The notes under the pieces were generated by a model, which saw only the letters and a program-made list of their open reading frames with translations, was not told where the DNA came from and made no database searches. A program made the position numbers and the translations under genes. Positions 12,985 through 24,714 of a stretch of DNA of 64,000 nucleotides are shown in pieces. The stretch is taken from the NCBI RefSeq assembly GCF_046119375.1, contig NW_027362767.1:135036001-135100000 (forward strand), in the 5' to 3' direction. The first letter of the stretch is position 1. Every line of letters begins with the position of its first letter. This DNA comes from Phyllobates terribilis. Taxonomy: Eukaryota.

Positions 12985-15480
12985 ATAAAAAAAAATATAA
13001 AGATAAAACAAAATGGGAACAAAACAATACGGTATATACAATTACATTGAATAAAAAGAAATAACTAAAGATTATGCAGGAATGGCTCTCATCTTTATGG
13101 AGGGAAGCGCTTAGATTAGAAAAGTGGAACACTCTCAAAGCAAAATATGCCTCCCAGAATAAACGAAGACAGACACCCAAACTCTAATTTTTATTAGATC
13201 AAGGTTACGCCCACACACCTCTCCTTGGTGGGCTCAAATGGGTGCTGCTTGTGGGATGCGCTAGGTCTGTTAGAATGTTATGAGTTCCTTAACATTCAGG
13301 ATATCTTCGCCCCTGGTGGTCCCAGGCGGTAGATATTGTCATCATATTTCCTATTGGGATTTTATCTTTCTATAGAGATGAAACATGACATGGATAGCAA
13401 CATCCATCGGACCAATATTAAGTGGGAGGGGTTGGAATGGCCTTATGGTGAGGGAAGTGAATGCGTTATGTTGGTCCCCTCGCTAAGACACTGAAAATAT
13501 AGCTCCCATAAATATTGGATCGATGCAAACCCCAATATTCATCACTGACCACTGGCTCCAAAATGTCTCAGAACCGTGTTTTGATCAGAGGAAGCTCTAT
13601 CCCTTGGAAGTGTACTTCCCCGCCACAGCATAAAGAGATCCCAGTCTTAGTGTCTGGCTCTCAAAGTTACAAGTGCTTCTCACTAAATTACAATATCATC
13701 AAAAAGTTAAATTTCAGTTCTTCAATACAAAAAGTGAAACTCATATTATATAAAGTCATTACAGAGTGATCTATTTCAAGTGTTTATTTCTATTAATGTT
13801 GAGGATTATGGCTTACAGCCAATGAAAACACAAAAGTCATTATCTCAGTAAATTAGAATACTTTATAACAACAGCTTGAAAAATGTTTTTAAAATCCGAA
13901 ATGTTGTCCTAGTGAAATGTATGCTCAGTAAATGCCCTCAATACTTGGTCGGTCTCCTTTTGCATCAATTACTGCATCAATGCGGCAATGTGGCATGGAG
14001 GGATCAGCCTGTGGCACTGCTGAGGTGTTATGGAAGCCCAGGTGGCTTTGATAGCAGCCTTCAGCTCATCTGCATTGTTGGGTCTGGTGTCTCTCATCTT
14101 CCTCTTGACAATACCCCTAGATTCTCTATAATAGATTCTCTATGGGGTTAAGGTCAGGCGAGTTTGCTGACCAATCAAGCACAGTGATACTGTTGTGTGT
14201 AAACCAGGTATTGGTACTTTTGGCAGTGTGGACAGGGGCCAAGTCCTGCTGGAGAATGACATTTCCATCTCCATAAAGCTTGTCAGCAGAGGGAAGCATG
14301 AAGGGCTCTAAAATGTCCTGGTAGACGGCTGCGTCACTGACTTTGGTCTTGATAAAACACAGTGGACCTCCACCAGCAGATGACATGGCTCCCCAAACCA
14401 TCACTGATTGTGGAAACTTCACACTAGACCTCCAGCAGCTTGGATTGTGGCCTCTCCACTCTTCCTCCAGACTCTGGACCTTGATTTCCAAATGAAATGC
14501 AAAATTTTCTTTCATCTGAAAACACCTCGGACCACTGAGCATCAGTCCAGGTCTTTTCTCCTTGGCCCAGGTAAGACGCTCCTGGCGTTGTCTATTGGTC
14601 ATGAGTGGCTTGACACAAGGAATGTGACACTTGTAGCCCATGTCCTGGATACGTCTGTGTGTGGTGGCTCTTGAAGCAATGACTCCAGCAGCAGTCCACT
14701 CCTTGTGAATCTCCCCCAAATTTTTGAATGGCCTTTTCTTAACAAATCTTTCAAGGCTGCGGTTATCCCGGTTGCTTGTGCACCTTTTTCTACCACACTT
14801 TTTCCTTCCATTCAACTTCCCATTAATATGCTTGGATACAGCACTCTGAACAGCCAGCTTCTTTAGCAATGACCTTTTGTGGCTTACCGTCCTTGTGGAG
14901 TGTGTCAGTGACTGCCTTCTGGACATCTGTCAAGTCAGCAGTTTTCCCCATGATTGTAGAGCCTACTGAAACAGACTAAGGGACCCTTTTAAACACATCG
15001 GAAGCCTTTGCAGGTGTTTTTTGTTAATTATTCTAATTTACTGAGATAATGACTTTTGTATTTTCATTGGCTGTAAGCCACAATCATCAACATTAACAGA
15101 AATAAACACTTGAAATAGATCACTCTGTTTGTAATGACTCTATATAATATAGGAGTTTCACTTTTTGTATTGAAGAACTGAAAAATTAAATTTTTGATGA
15201 TATTCTAATTTAGTGAGAAGCACTTATATTACCTTGTCGCTGCAGGAGGTCCCTACTTCAATGGAGGTTGAATGTTAGTTCTTCTTACTTCTCCAGTTAT
15301 AATTAGTTTCTCTCTTCCCCAGCTATAATTAATCCCATATGTTTAATTTGGAGTCCTACTTCAATGGAGGTTGAAGTGTTAGTTCTTTCTCTCCTTGCCC
15401 AGCTATAGTTAATCCCACAAGTTCAATGTGAGGGTGATATGTCCCCTCTCCAGGGATGTGTTATGGATTTTAATGTTTCT
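12985..15480 (-). mobile_element. L1-like LINE 3' fragment (12985-13669 plus 15229-15480) split by a Tc1
   Basis: Both halves align contiguously to the uninterrupted copy at ~20390-21020. A T-rich 3' UTR-like end lies near 12985. The L1 assignment rests on weak ORF2 C-terminal similarity. Confidence 0.5.
13670..15226 (-). mobile_element. Full-length degenerate Tc1 DNA transposon
   Basis: ~200-bp terminal inverted repeats starting caagtgcttctc, TA target duplication at 13668-13669 and 15227-15228. Transposase ORF 14126-14926 (GRKRCT, VKPLMT, VMVWG, QQDLAPVH, WSANSPDLNPIENL) with frameshifts. Confidence 0.95.
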
Positions 15481-15499
15481 CCATGCCGCCTCCCCCTTT

Positions 15500-17950
15500 T
15501 AGAGGCGGCATGGGAGACTGATTTACAGATGGTCTCCCATGCCCACCTTACGACACAACCTCCCTGGATCCCACAATACCCTCTCCTTCTTGGACTCGGA
15601 GATGGGCTTCTCCATGTGAACACTCAGTGCCTCAAAACTGGCATCTATGGATGGTTCAGTCTGAAACTCCTGGTTAGATGGAGCCAGAAGTGACGTTAAG
15701 GCCTCAACCTCACAGGACCCCTCTTGGACCTGCTCTGGGTCAGTAACTGGTCCTGTTATCTCACTTGATGATGAGGGTCTAGAAGACAACGCATTACCTG
15801 CATTCTGGGCACTCTGACTGTGGGTGACAGCGGCTATGTAGGCTGTCTCCCAAGAGGAAAACAACATTTTTCCATCAGCATGTCAGGATGGTGGGAAAGT
15901 AGTATCACCAGTCTGACAGGCTGTGGGACACACTTTCCCACCTCCCTGACAGACAGGGGATACTACTTTCCCACCACCCTGACAGGCTGAGGGTACCACT
16001 TTCCCATCACCCTGACAGGCTGGGGATAAAACCTTCCCCGCCTCCCCTGTTACTTCAGATGTGCTAACCATGGGGAAGCTACAACCGGCCATGTCACAGT
16101 CCGTCGTGACACTGGTCAGCTGCACGCAACCACCTTCTTTATGCTCCTCATGCCTATCCCCATCTTCCCCTAATACCTGAGGAGCAGTGCTAATCATGGG
16201 GCAGCTACCACCAGCCAAACATAGTCCGTAACAAGGGTCAGCTGCACAAGACCACCTGCTTCATGACCCCCGCGCCTGTTCCCATCGCCCTTAGCATTGA
16301 TGCTTCCTCCTTTTAGGTGATCCTCAGCAACATCACCCAGCACAGCGAGACTTGTCCGCGTTCTCCTGTACCACGAAACACATTATCATCATGCATAACA
16401 TTGACACCCAAGTTATCCACATTTGAATTATATCTGGGAGAGTTGTCAGGAACATATTGAGCGACCAACCGTCCCAGGTCAGTCCCCAATAAACCTTGTG
16501 GGGAGGTTCTCGGACACCCCCACTTCTCTTAATGGTCTCCCGGCATGCCAGTCTAGGAAACCCATGTCAAAGGTCAACAAACACCCCCAGTCCTGGTGAC
16601 AGTCAGGGTCATCCCAGGGATAAGCTCTTCAGGGACCACAAATTCAGGGTGGATGGGGGTTCGTTCTGTAACGTTGTCCTTGAGCCTCACAGTGACAGTG
16701 TCGTCTACAGTAACAGGTTGCCAGTTTGCATGGGCTAATTTGGTCGCCGGTATAACACCGGCGTGAGTCAGATGCAGGTGCTTTAAAATGGGGCTAGACC
16801 CACCCAGGACCGGCTGGCAGGGGCATTGGGTGTCGGCTTACCCCCTTTTCAGCTGGCAAAGGCTGACTTCCACACCTCAGGTGTATGGTTGGCCTCATAG
16901 GTATAAGCAAGCTGTGTGGCCTTGGAGGCCTCCTTTTGCTCCCAGTCCATCACAAACTGTTGTACCTCCATGGGGCAAAGAAGAATAAATTGGTCCTTCA
17001 CCATCAGGTGCTTCAACTCCTCGAAGGTGGAAACCGATAGTTCCCGGACCCACCTCTCGAAGTTGGTTCTGAGCCCGTCCACAACATCACCATAGCTGTT
17101 GTTAGGTCCATGTTGAAGGGTCCAGAACTTTTTTCGGTACACTTCAGGAATCAGCTGATATTTCTTTATCAGGGCCAGTTTGATGGCCTCATAGTTTCCA
17201 TCATGTTCTGGAGGGAGAGCAGTGATCACCTCCAGAGCTTTGCCTCCTAGCCTTGGGGTTAAATATCATGCCCACTGGTCATCAGGCAACTGGTACTGTC
17301 TGCAGGCCTTTTCAAACTCCCGCAAAAATGTGTCCAGAATCAAATTCTTGTCCATGACAGGAAAATGCTCAGGAGGGGGTTTTAAAGTGTTGACATTACT
17401 GGACTCACTGTTCAGTGGGATAGATTGCTCCTTCTGGAGTCAGGCTAACCTCAACTGGTGGTCTCTGTCAGCCTGTCGCTCTCATGCTGCCGCCTCTTGC
17501 TCAGCCTGGCAGTTGGCTCTGTCAGCCTGCCGCTCTGCAAACTCACGCTCTGCGTTCTTGTAGCACAAGCTGCATCCGCATTTGAGGGTCACATCCTCCC
17601 AGTTGCAGCAGAATGAGTGTCAATCAAGAGTCCATTCCACTCTGCGAGCTATGGCTGTGGCTGGGCCCCTCTAAGTCAGACAGTTCTGGAACCGGTTCCA
17701 CAACTGGGCAAATCCTAGTGCTCCACTGGTCCCAGGCTCTGGTGTCACATCATGTTGGCGCCTGGCATCATCCTCCAGCAAAGGTATAGATCAACATGTC
17801 TTTGTTCTTGTCGGACCCATTGAGACCTCACTCCTCACACGAACGGATCAGCACAGCTTTCTCAGGCTTCTTATAAGCAACTGCCGTCTTAGCAGTCACT
17901 CGCCAAATAAAAGATAGAACAGAAAAGCAAGAGACGGGGAGGGTGTAACT
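15500..17950 (-). mobile_element. Gmr1-like Gypsy internal region with SCAN-like gag, degenerate
   Basis: ORF 16849-17229 (YEAIKLALIKKYQLIPEVYRKKF...FERW...LKHLMVKDQF) resembles the SCAN-bearing gag of Gmr1-like elements. Protease-like remnants at ~16500-16700 and internal 33-bp repeats at ~15890-16040. Confidence 0.7.
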
Positions 17951-17991
17951 GATACACGTACAGTATTGTCCCAGGTAAAAATAATGGCTGA

Positions 17992-18537
17992 CATGAACAA
18001 AAGAAATGGAGTTTTAAGGTTTTTAAGTAAAAATATATAATTAAATACATAAGAAATAAACCATGTTAACAAAATACAAGTAACGTGTGTGGGAGAGCTA
18101 CAATGACACTAGTAGTAAGGGCGCAGAAACTCCAGGGAGCCAGTTAAGCTAGATGGTGAGGGCAGAACGAAAAGAAATCACAGAAAGGCATTCAACCCAG
18201 GGAGTACAAAATGGCCAAATCCCCCATGGACCCAATGGTATGTAAATGTAATAGAATAAGTAAAAGGGACAGATGGCCAAAACGTGATGTAGACAAAAAC
18301 ACCTTGGAGAATGGATCTAGTGTCATTGTAGCTCTCCCACACACGTTACTTGTATTTTGTCTGCATGGTTCATTTCTTATGTATTTAATAAAATTACATA
18401 TTTTTACTTATAAACCTTAAAACTCCGTTTCTTTTGTTCATTCTATGTTTTCTGGAGTGTTTTTTTCAGCGGCGGCACACACCTGCTTGTGTGTGTCGAT
18501 GTGCCAGCCAGCATCATGCTTTTGGGATTCTTGTCAT
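17992..18537 (+). mobile_element. Hairpin insertion with ~16-bp TSD (Penelope-like, non-autonomous)
   Basis: Inverted arms at 17993-18112 and 18317-18441. TSD taaaaataatggctga (17976-17991) and taaaaataaagactga (18538-18553). Tail shared with the 44259-44963 element. Confidence 0.6.
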
Positions 18538-18669
18538 TAAAAATAAAGACTGAGTCCGATCCTCAAACCTCTGGACAGAATCCTCCAGGGATCGGGCAAG
18601 TTTTTAGTGACAGGGAAGATTGCTCAAACAAGATCACTAATGCTCTGTGATCCCATCAGTGCCACCAGT

Positions 18670-19016
18670 TGTCAGGAATGACAGCATGGGGAGTCACACA
18701 GATCCCACCGCCGTCACCAATTTGTCAAAGCTAACAGCCGGGGGGGCCCCCAGATCCCACCGCCAATCGTCAGGACAATTACGCAATTTACTGACGAGTG
18801 ACGGACGTAGCTGGTTATTGGGAAACTCACAGCACACACACATATCCCGTACGTTCACTGCCAACTCCACAATAACAAAAAAAAAACAACTACTAGCTGC
18901 CATCATCAATTGTTTATACAGGAAAATTGGACACCCGTTACAGGCAGTGTATGTCTTCAGGGGGTGAAGTTTATAAAGCAAGAGGAACAGAGCTATTAGA
19001 TTTTATATATTTAATC
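18670..19016 (+). repeat. Dispersed LTR-like repeat, copy 2
   Basis: Homologous to 12529-12964. Confidence 0.45.
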
Positions 19017-19281
19017 CGCACACCAATTTAACCCCATAACTGTTGTTACGCATTAACACGGCGGCCGCTAAGGGACCATATTCTCTTGTTGCCGTTTTAA
19101 AATGGCGATCGGGAATAAGGGTATAGCGCCCCCCAGAGTTGGAACATCTTCAGGGTCTCAGGTACTTGGGGTAGCTGAGACCCTGGAGAACATGATGAGG
19201 GCCAGATTTTCTGGTCACCGATCACCGTTATTTAGTGAATAATGGCGATCGTGAAAAGAAATATGATTACGATATGATGAC

Positions 19282-19578
19282 TAGTGTTCAGCACAAGTGC
19301 TTGCTACTCGAGTTTGCATTGTATGCTCGGGTATGCACCGAGTATCGCAGGTCCTCGAGGGCCATGCTCGAGTCCCCGCCGCACATTTTGGGGCTATTAG
19401 ACAGCCAAAAAAAGCATGCGGGGATTGCCTGCCATATACGGGCAATCCTCACATTTTTTTGGGGTGTCTTAACAGCCACGAAGCATGCGAGGCGGGGACT
19501 CAAGCATGTCACTCGAGCACTTACGATACCCGAGCACCCAATGCAAACTCAAGTAGCGAGAACTTGTGCTCAACACTA
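19282..19578. mobile_element. hAT-type MITE
   Basis: ~50-bp TIRs (tagtgttcagcacaagtgc... / ...gaacttgtgctcaacacta) and an 8-bp TSD atgatgac / atgacgac. Confidence 0.8.
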
Positions 19579-20389
19579 ATGACGACGTATTCAATATGAC
19601 AACCTAATCTTATCAAATTCTGTAGTACCTTTGGGTTCAAAATCCTCACTATAACCCTGGATAAAATCCTTGAAGAGTGTAGTTTCCAAAATGGGGTCAT
19701 TTTTGGGTAATTTCTGCTGTTTAGGCACATCAGGGGCTCTGCAAATGCGACATGGTAACTGCAATCTATTTCAGCCAATTTGTGTTTCAAAATTCAAATA
19801 TTGATCCTTCCACTCCGAGCTCTGCCGTTTGTCCTAACAGAACTTTTTGACTACATGTTGAATATCGCCACGCTCGTAAGAAAGTGGGTAACAAACTGTG
19901 GGGGGGCATGCATGGTCTCAGAAGCTTTCCGTAGCTTGGTGACCTGGGGGTCGTCCCAGGTCACCATGGCAATGGTCGGGCCCCCATGGGGGCGCTGATC
20001 TGAAGGCAGAGGGAGCTCCCGTCCCTCTACCTGCCTCCTGATCACGCTTGATCGCAGCATTCAGGGGAATAACAGCTAGGGGCGGCACTGAAACCGTTCC
20101 TGGCTGTTTCGTGCAGGAGCTCGGACACCCATCAGCGATGAGCTCCTGCTGTGATCGGGCAGGAGACGCTGATATTTCAGCTTCTTCTGTGCAATCGTGC
20201 AGATTGACTGATCGCAGATATCTGGGTACTGGGGCCGTCGGCATGGGTCCCTGCACTGCTTCCCCTGCCGCTCAGCTGCCTGTGACAGCTGTCAGCACTG
20301 AATTGTCACTGCGTGTTTAACCGGGATAACCCGTCATGGTGCGCAAGCTAGCATACAGCCATCACAGGTTATCCCCAGTCATTGGGCGT

Positions 20390-21020
20390 TATTGGGATAT
20401 GGTTATGCCCACATACCTCCTATTGGTAAGCTCATATAGGGGCTGGTTGTGGGATGTGCCAAGTCTGTTAAAATTCTATGAGATCCCTAAGTTTCAAGAT
20501 ATCGTCGCCCCTGGAGGTCCCAGGCAATAGATATTGTTGTCATGCTTCCTATTGAGATTTTACCTTTCTATAGAGATGAAACATGACATAGATAGTATCA
20601 GCCTTTGGAGCAATATTACGTTGGAGGGGATAGAATGGCCTTACGGTGATGGGAGTGAATGCGTTATTTTCATCCCTTCACTACGACGCTTAAAATATAT
20701 CTCCCATAAATATAAGATCGATGCAAACCCCAATATTCATCATTGACCTCTGGCTCCACAATGTCTCAGAACCGTGCTTTGATCAGAGGAAGCTCTATCC
20801 CTGGGTACTCCTCCGTCTCTGTGTAAACGGATCCCAGTCTTAATATCTGATTCTCAGAGCAGATCATGCTTTAATTACCCGGTCACTACAGGAGGCCTCC
20901 ACTTCAATGGATGTCGAATGTTAGGTCTTTTTCACTTCTCCAGTTATAATTAATCCCATATGTTCAATGCGAGGGCAATATGTCCCTTCTCCCGAGATGT
21001 CTTATGGATTTTAATTTTTC
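20390..21020 (-). mobile_element. L1-like LINE 3' fragment, uninterrupted sister of 12985-15480
   Basis: Direct sequence homology to the Tc1-split copy. Confidence 0.5.
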
Positions 21021-21025
21021 TGTAA

Positions 21026-22022
21026 GACATTACATTACTGATCCTGTGTTACATCCAGTATTATACTCCAGAGCTGCACTCACTATTCTACTGGTGCAGT
21101 CACTGTGTACATACATTACATTACTTATTCTGTACTGATCCTGAGTTACATCCTGTATTATACTCCAGAGCTGCACTCACTATTCTGCTGGTACAGTCAC
21201 TGTGTACATACATTACATTACTGATCCTGTACTGATCTTGAGTTACATCCTGTATTATACTCCAGAGCTGCACTCACTATTCTACTGGTGCAGTCACTGT
21301 GTACATACATTACATTACTTATTCTGTACTGATCCTGAGTTACATCCTGTATTATACTCCAGAGCTGCACTCACTATTCTGCTGGTGCAGTCACTGTGTA
21401 CATACATTATATTACTGATCCTGAGTTACATCCTGTATTATACTCCAGAGCTGCACTCACTATTCTGCTGGTGCAGTCATTGTGTACATACATTACTTAT
21501 CCTGTACTGATCCTGAGTTACATCCTGTATTATACCCCAGAGCTGCACTCACTACTCTGCTTGTGCAGTCACTGTGTACATACATTACATTACTGATTCT
21601 GTACTGATCCTGAGTTACCTCCTGTATTACACTCCAGAGCTGCACTCACTATTCTGCTGGTGCAGTCACTGTGTACATACATTACATTACTGATCCTGAG
21701 TTACATCCTGTATTATACTCCAGAGCTGCACTCACTATTCTGCTGGTGCTGTCACTGTGTACATACATTACATTACTGATCCTGAGTTACATCCTGTATT
21801 ATACTCCAGAGCTGCACTCACTATTCTGCTGGTGCAGTCACTGTGTACATACATTACTGATCCTGTACTGATCCTGAGTTATATCCTGTATTATACTCCA
21901 GAGCTGTACTCTCTATTCTGCTGGTGGAGTCACTGTGTACATACATTACATTACTGATCCTGTACTGATCCTGAGTTACATCCTGTATTATACCCCAGAG
22001 CTGCACTCACTATTCTGCTGGT
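21026..22022. repeat. 86-bp satellite array (variants of ~81-102 bp), ~11 units
   Basis: Unit tcctgagttacatcctgtattatactccagagctgcactcactattctgctggtgcagtcactgtgtacatacattacattactga. Confidence 0.95.
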
Positions 22023-22354
22023 GGTGTTAGATAATGGAGCGCTCACATTGGAAAGACTTTCATTCTGTCATAACTTTATTGTCCAAAAAATGAAAACCAT
22101 GACATGATGTGTAATAAATAGAGTCCAGTCAGTGAGTCCGCCATCGTTACTTCGCCCCATGCTGGTGGAGCACTTGTGGGATTTCCAGGGTTTCCTGGTC
22201 TCTGATTGGCTGGGAGCCATCACCACATGTAAATATCCGATGAGGGTGAATTTCCATATCCGCCATAATGCACACATACGACAATGTAGAGAGCACAGGA
22301 TGGCGCCGGACACATGGGAGGATCCAGGATAAGGCGGATGCTCTGCAGGAGCGG

Positions 22355-22480
22355 GTCCGCTGTGACCCCACACAGGGGCGGGTCCACTGTGACCCCACAC
22401 AGGGGCGGGTCTACTGTGACCCCACACAGGGGCGGGTCCACTGTGACCCCACACAGGGGCGGGTCCACTGTGACCCCGCA
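22355..22480. repeat. 27-bp tandem repeat in the JTB 3' UTR
   Basis: gggtccactgtgaccccacacaggggc, ~4.5 copies, between the stop codon and the polyA signal. Confidence 0.9.
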
Positions 22481-22499
22481 GCCTTAGACCCGCCTCTGA

Positions 22500-24026
22500 T
22501 TAGATGGACTCGATCTGTTTGCGCACTTTCTCCAGTGCTCGCCGATCCAGCATCCTCTGCCGTGAAATCACCAGGAGGGAAAGTGCAACGGTCCCCGCCA
22601 ACATGACACCCACAAACTGCCAGAACACCCGCTTCTCCATGGGGGCCGAGCGACAGCTGTAGAGGAGGGGCAGAGCAGTTACACAGGGAGAAGGCACCCA
22701 GAGCCACCCAGACCCCGGTGACCACTCACCTCTTATACTCTGACTTGTCGGATGTGGTGCAGGAGACCTGCTCAACAAAACCAGTGATGCTGCACTGACC
22801 GAGGGTCTTCTGTACAGAGGGGACAAGATGGCGGTTATTATTGTATAACAGACGAGGACCTGTGACCACGGAGGGGGGAGAGGGCACTCACCGCCTCAAA
22901 CTGGTTACAGCTGTAGCACTCCCGGGATATGGTGTACTCCTCCGTCTGCCAGCAGGGGGCAGTCACAGCCAGGGGGTCTGCAACACAGGACATGGGGGTC
23001 ACTCGACAGGATGGGGGCACAAAACGCAACACGTGCAGTTCAAAGGTCACACTTACTGTGCTGCACGGGAGACTGCTCCTCCTGCGCCGGAAGCGACAGC
23101 ACCCAACTACAAAGGAAACATAGATCACTGACAATCGAGGCGGGGACAGTATATAATGTGCCACCCAGGAGATGAGGGGGACAGTATATAATGTGCCACC
23201 CAGGAGATGAGGGGGACAGTATATAATGTGACACCCAGGAGATGAGGGGACGGTATATAATGTGACACCCAGGAGATGAGGGGGACGGTATATAATGTGC
23301 CACCCAGGAGATGAGGGGGACGGTATATAATGTGCCACCCAGGAGATGAGGGGGACGGTATATAATGTGCCACCCAGGAGATGAGGGGGACAGTATATAA
23401 TGTGCCACCCAGGAGATGAAGGGGGCGGTATATAATGTGCCACCCAGGAGATGAGGGGACGGTATATAATGTGACACCCAGGAGATGAGGGGACGGTATA
23501 TAATGTGCCACCCAGGAGATGAGGGGACGGTATATAATGTGCCACCCAGGAGATGAGGGGACGGTATATAATGTGCCACCCAGGAGATGAGGGGACGGTA
23601 TATAATGTGCCACCCAGGAGATGAGGGGACGGTATATAAAGTGACACCCAGGAGATGAGGGGACGGTATATAAAGTGACACCCAGGAGATGAGGGGGACG
23701 GTATATAATGTGCCACCCAGGAGATGAGGGGGACAGTATATAATGTGCCACCCAGGAGATGAGGGGACAGTATATAATGTGCCACCCAGGAGATGAGGGG
23801 ACAGTATATAATGTGACACCCAGGAGATGAGGGGGACGGTATATAATGTGCCACCCAGGAGATGAGGGGACGGTATATAATGTGACACCCAGGAGATGAG
23901 GGGGACGGTATATAATGTGACACTCGGGCTGTGGGGGGGAAGGGGGGAGCGCTATATGAGGGGCAGCTCTCACCGGTGGACGCTCAGCAGGAGGACGCTC
24001 CTCAGGACACATCCCGCCGTCTCCAT
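22500..24026 (-). CDS. JTB: Jumping translocation breakpoint protein, 5 coding exons, 141 aa
   Basis: Exons complement(23974-24026, 23057-23106, 22892-22977, 22730-22809, 22500-22656), all GT-AG and in phase. Product METAGCVLRSVLLLSVHRWVLSLPAQEEQ...PCWQTEEYTISRECYSCNQFEAKTLGQCSITGFVEQVSC...CRSAPMEKRVFWQF...RQRMLDRRALEKVRKQIESI*. Cys pattern, TM segment and C-terminus match JTB. AATAAA on the minus strand at 22075-22080. Synteny with RAB13/RPS27. Confidence 0.95.
23140..23922. repeat. 34-36-bp minisatellite in JTB intron 1
   Basis: aggagatgagggggacagtatataatgtgccaccc, ~22 copies. Confidence 0.95.
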
Positions 24027-24150
24027 CTCTCGCTTCTCACGAGCCACTTCCTGATAGAGGATTCAGCACTTCCGGCCGCGCCCTCTTGTGGCTGGAGGTG
24101 GAATAACGGCGCTGTCCGGGGTCCTCTGCTGCCCTCCAGTGGTGACTGGC
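24027..24150 (-). promoter_or_regulatory. JTB: JTB 5' UTR and promoter
   Basis: CpG-rich segment just upstream of the ATG, with ETS motifs (CACTTCCTG ~24045, CACTTCCGG ~24068) and a CTCF-like motif at 24129-24142. Confidence 0.55.
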
Positions 24151-24714
24151 GGTGTTGCAGGACATGGTGATATTTCTTCTTGAGGGTCTGGGATGCTCTG
24201 GATGGGGGACAGTGCCCCCCTCACAATGCATCAGCTCTGACTTTACCTTGTGCACTGTAATAATTTTGTCATCATACTGTACATTATATATTGAACAATT
24301 TCCTCTGCGACTCCCCCACAGCCTGGGATTACAGGCCCCCAGTAATGGTGGGCACATTGGTTGTTGCAGCGGTACACAGTTTCTCTGTGTACCGGGCAGC
24401 AGCTCCCAAACGTTCCCTTGTGCGACCCCCCCAGGATCGGTCACAGCCCACAGATAATCAATGGAACTTTATCACAGCTGCAATGCTCTACGTGAATAAT
24501 TTGGGGAACAGTCGCTGTTTTGTGGGAGTTGAGCATCAGTGCTCTCTGGCGCCCATCACCCTGGCACCGGCTCTACTTTGGACATGATTGGTAAATACCA
24601 ACCACTGCATATGGGAGTGGACTGTGAGGTGCGGTGTATGCCGATAGTGACCACTGCGGGCCTATGCCAAGAACGTCTCTCGAGGCTGCTGTATGTCATG
24701 AATTTCCCTCAAGG

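Noticed and set aside
22838-24012. 280-360 aa ORFs over JTB intron 1
   Set aside because: Minisatellite translations; only the short embedded segments matching JTB exons 2 and 3 are real.
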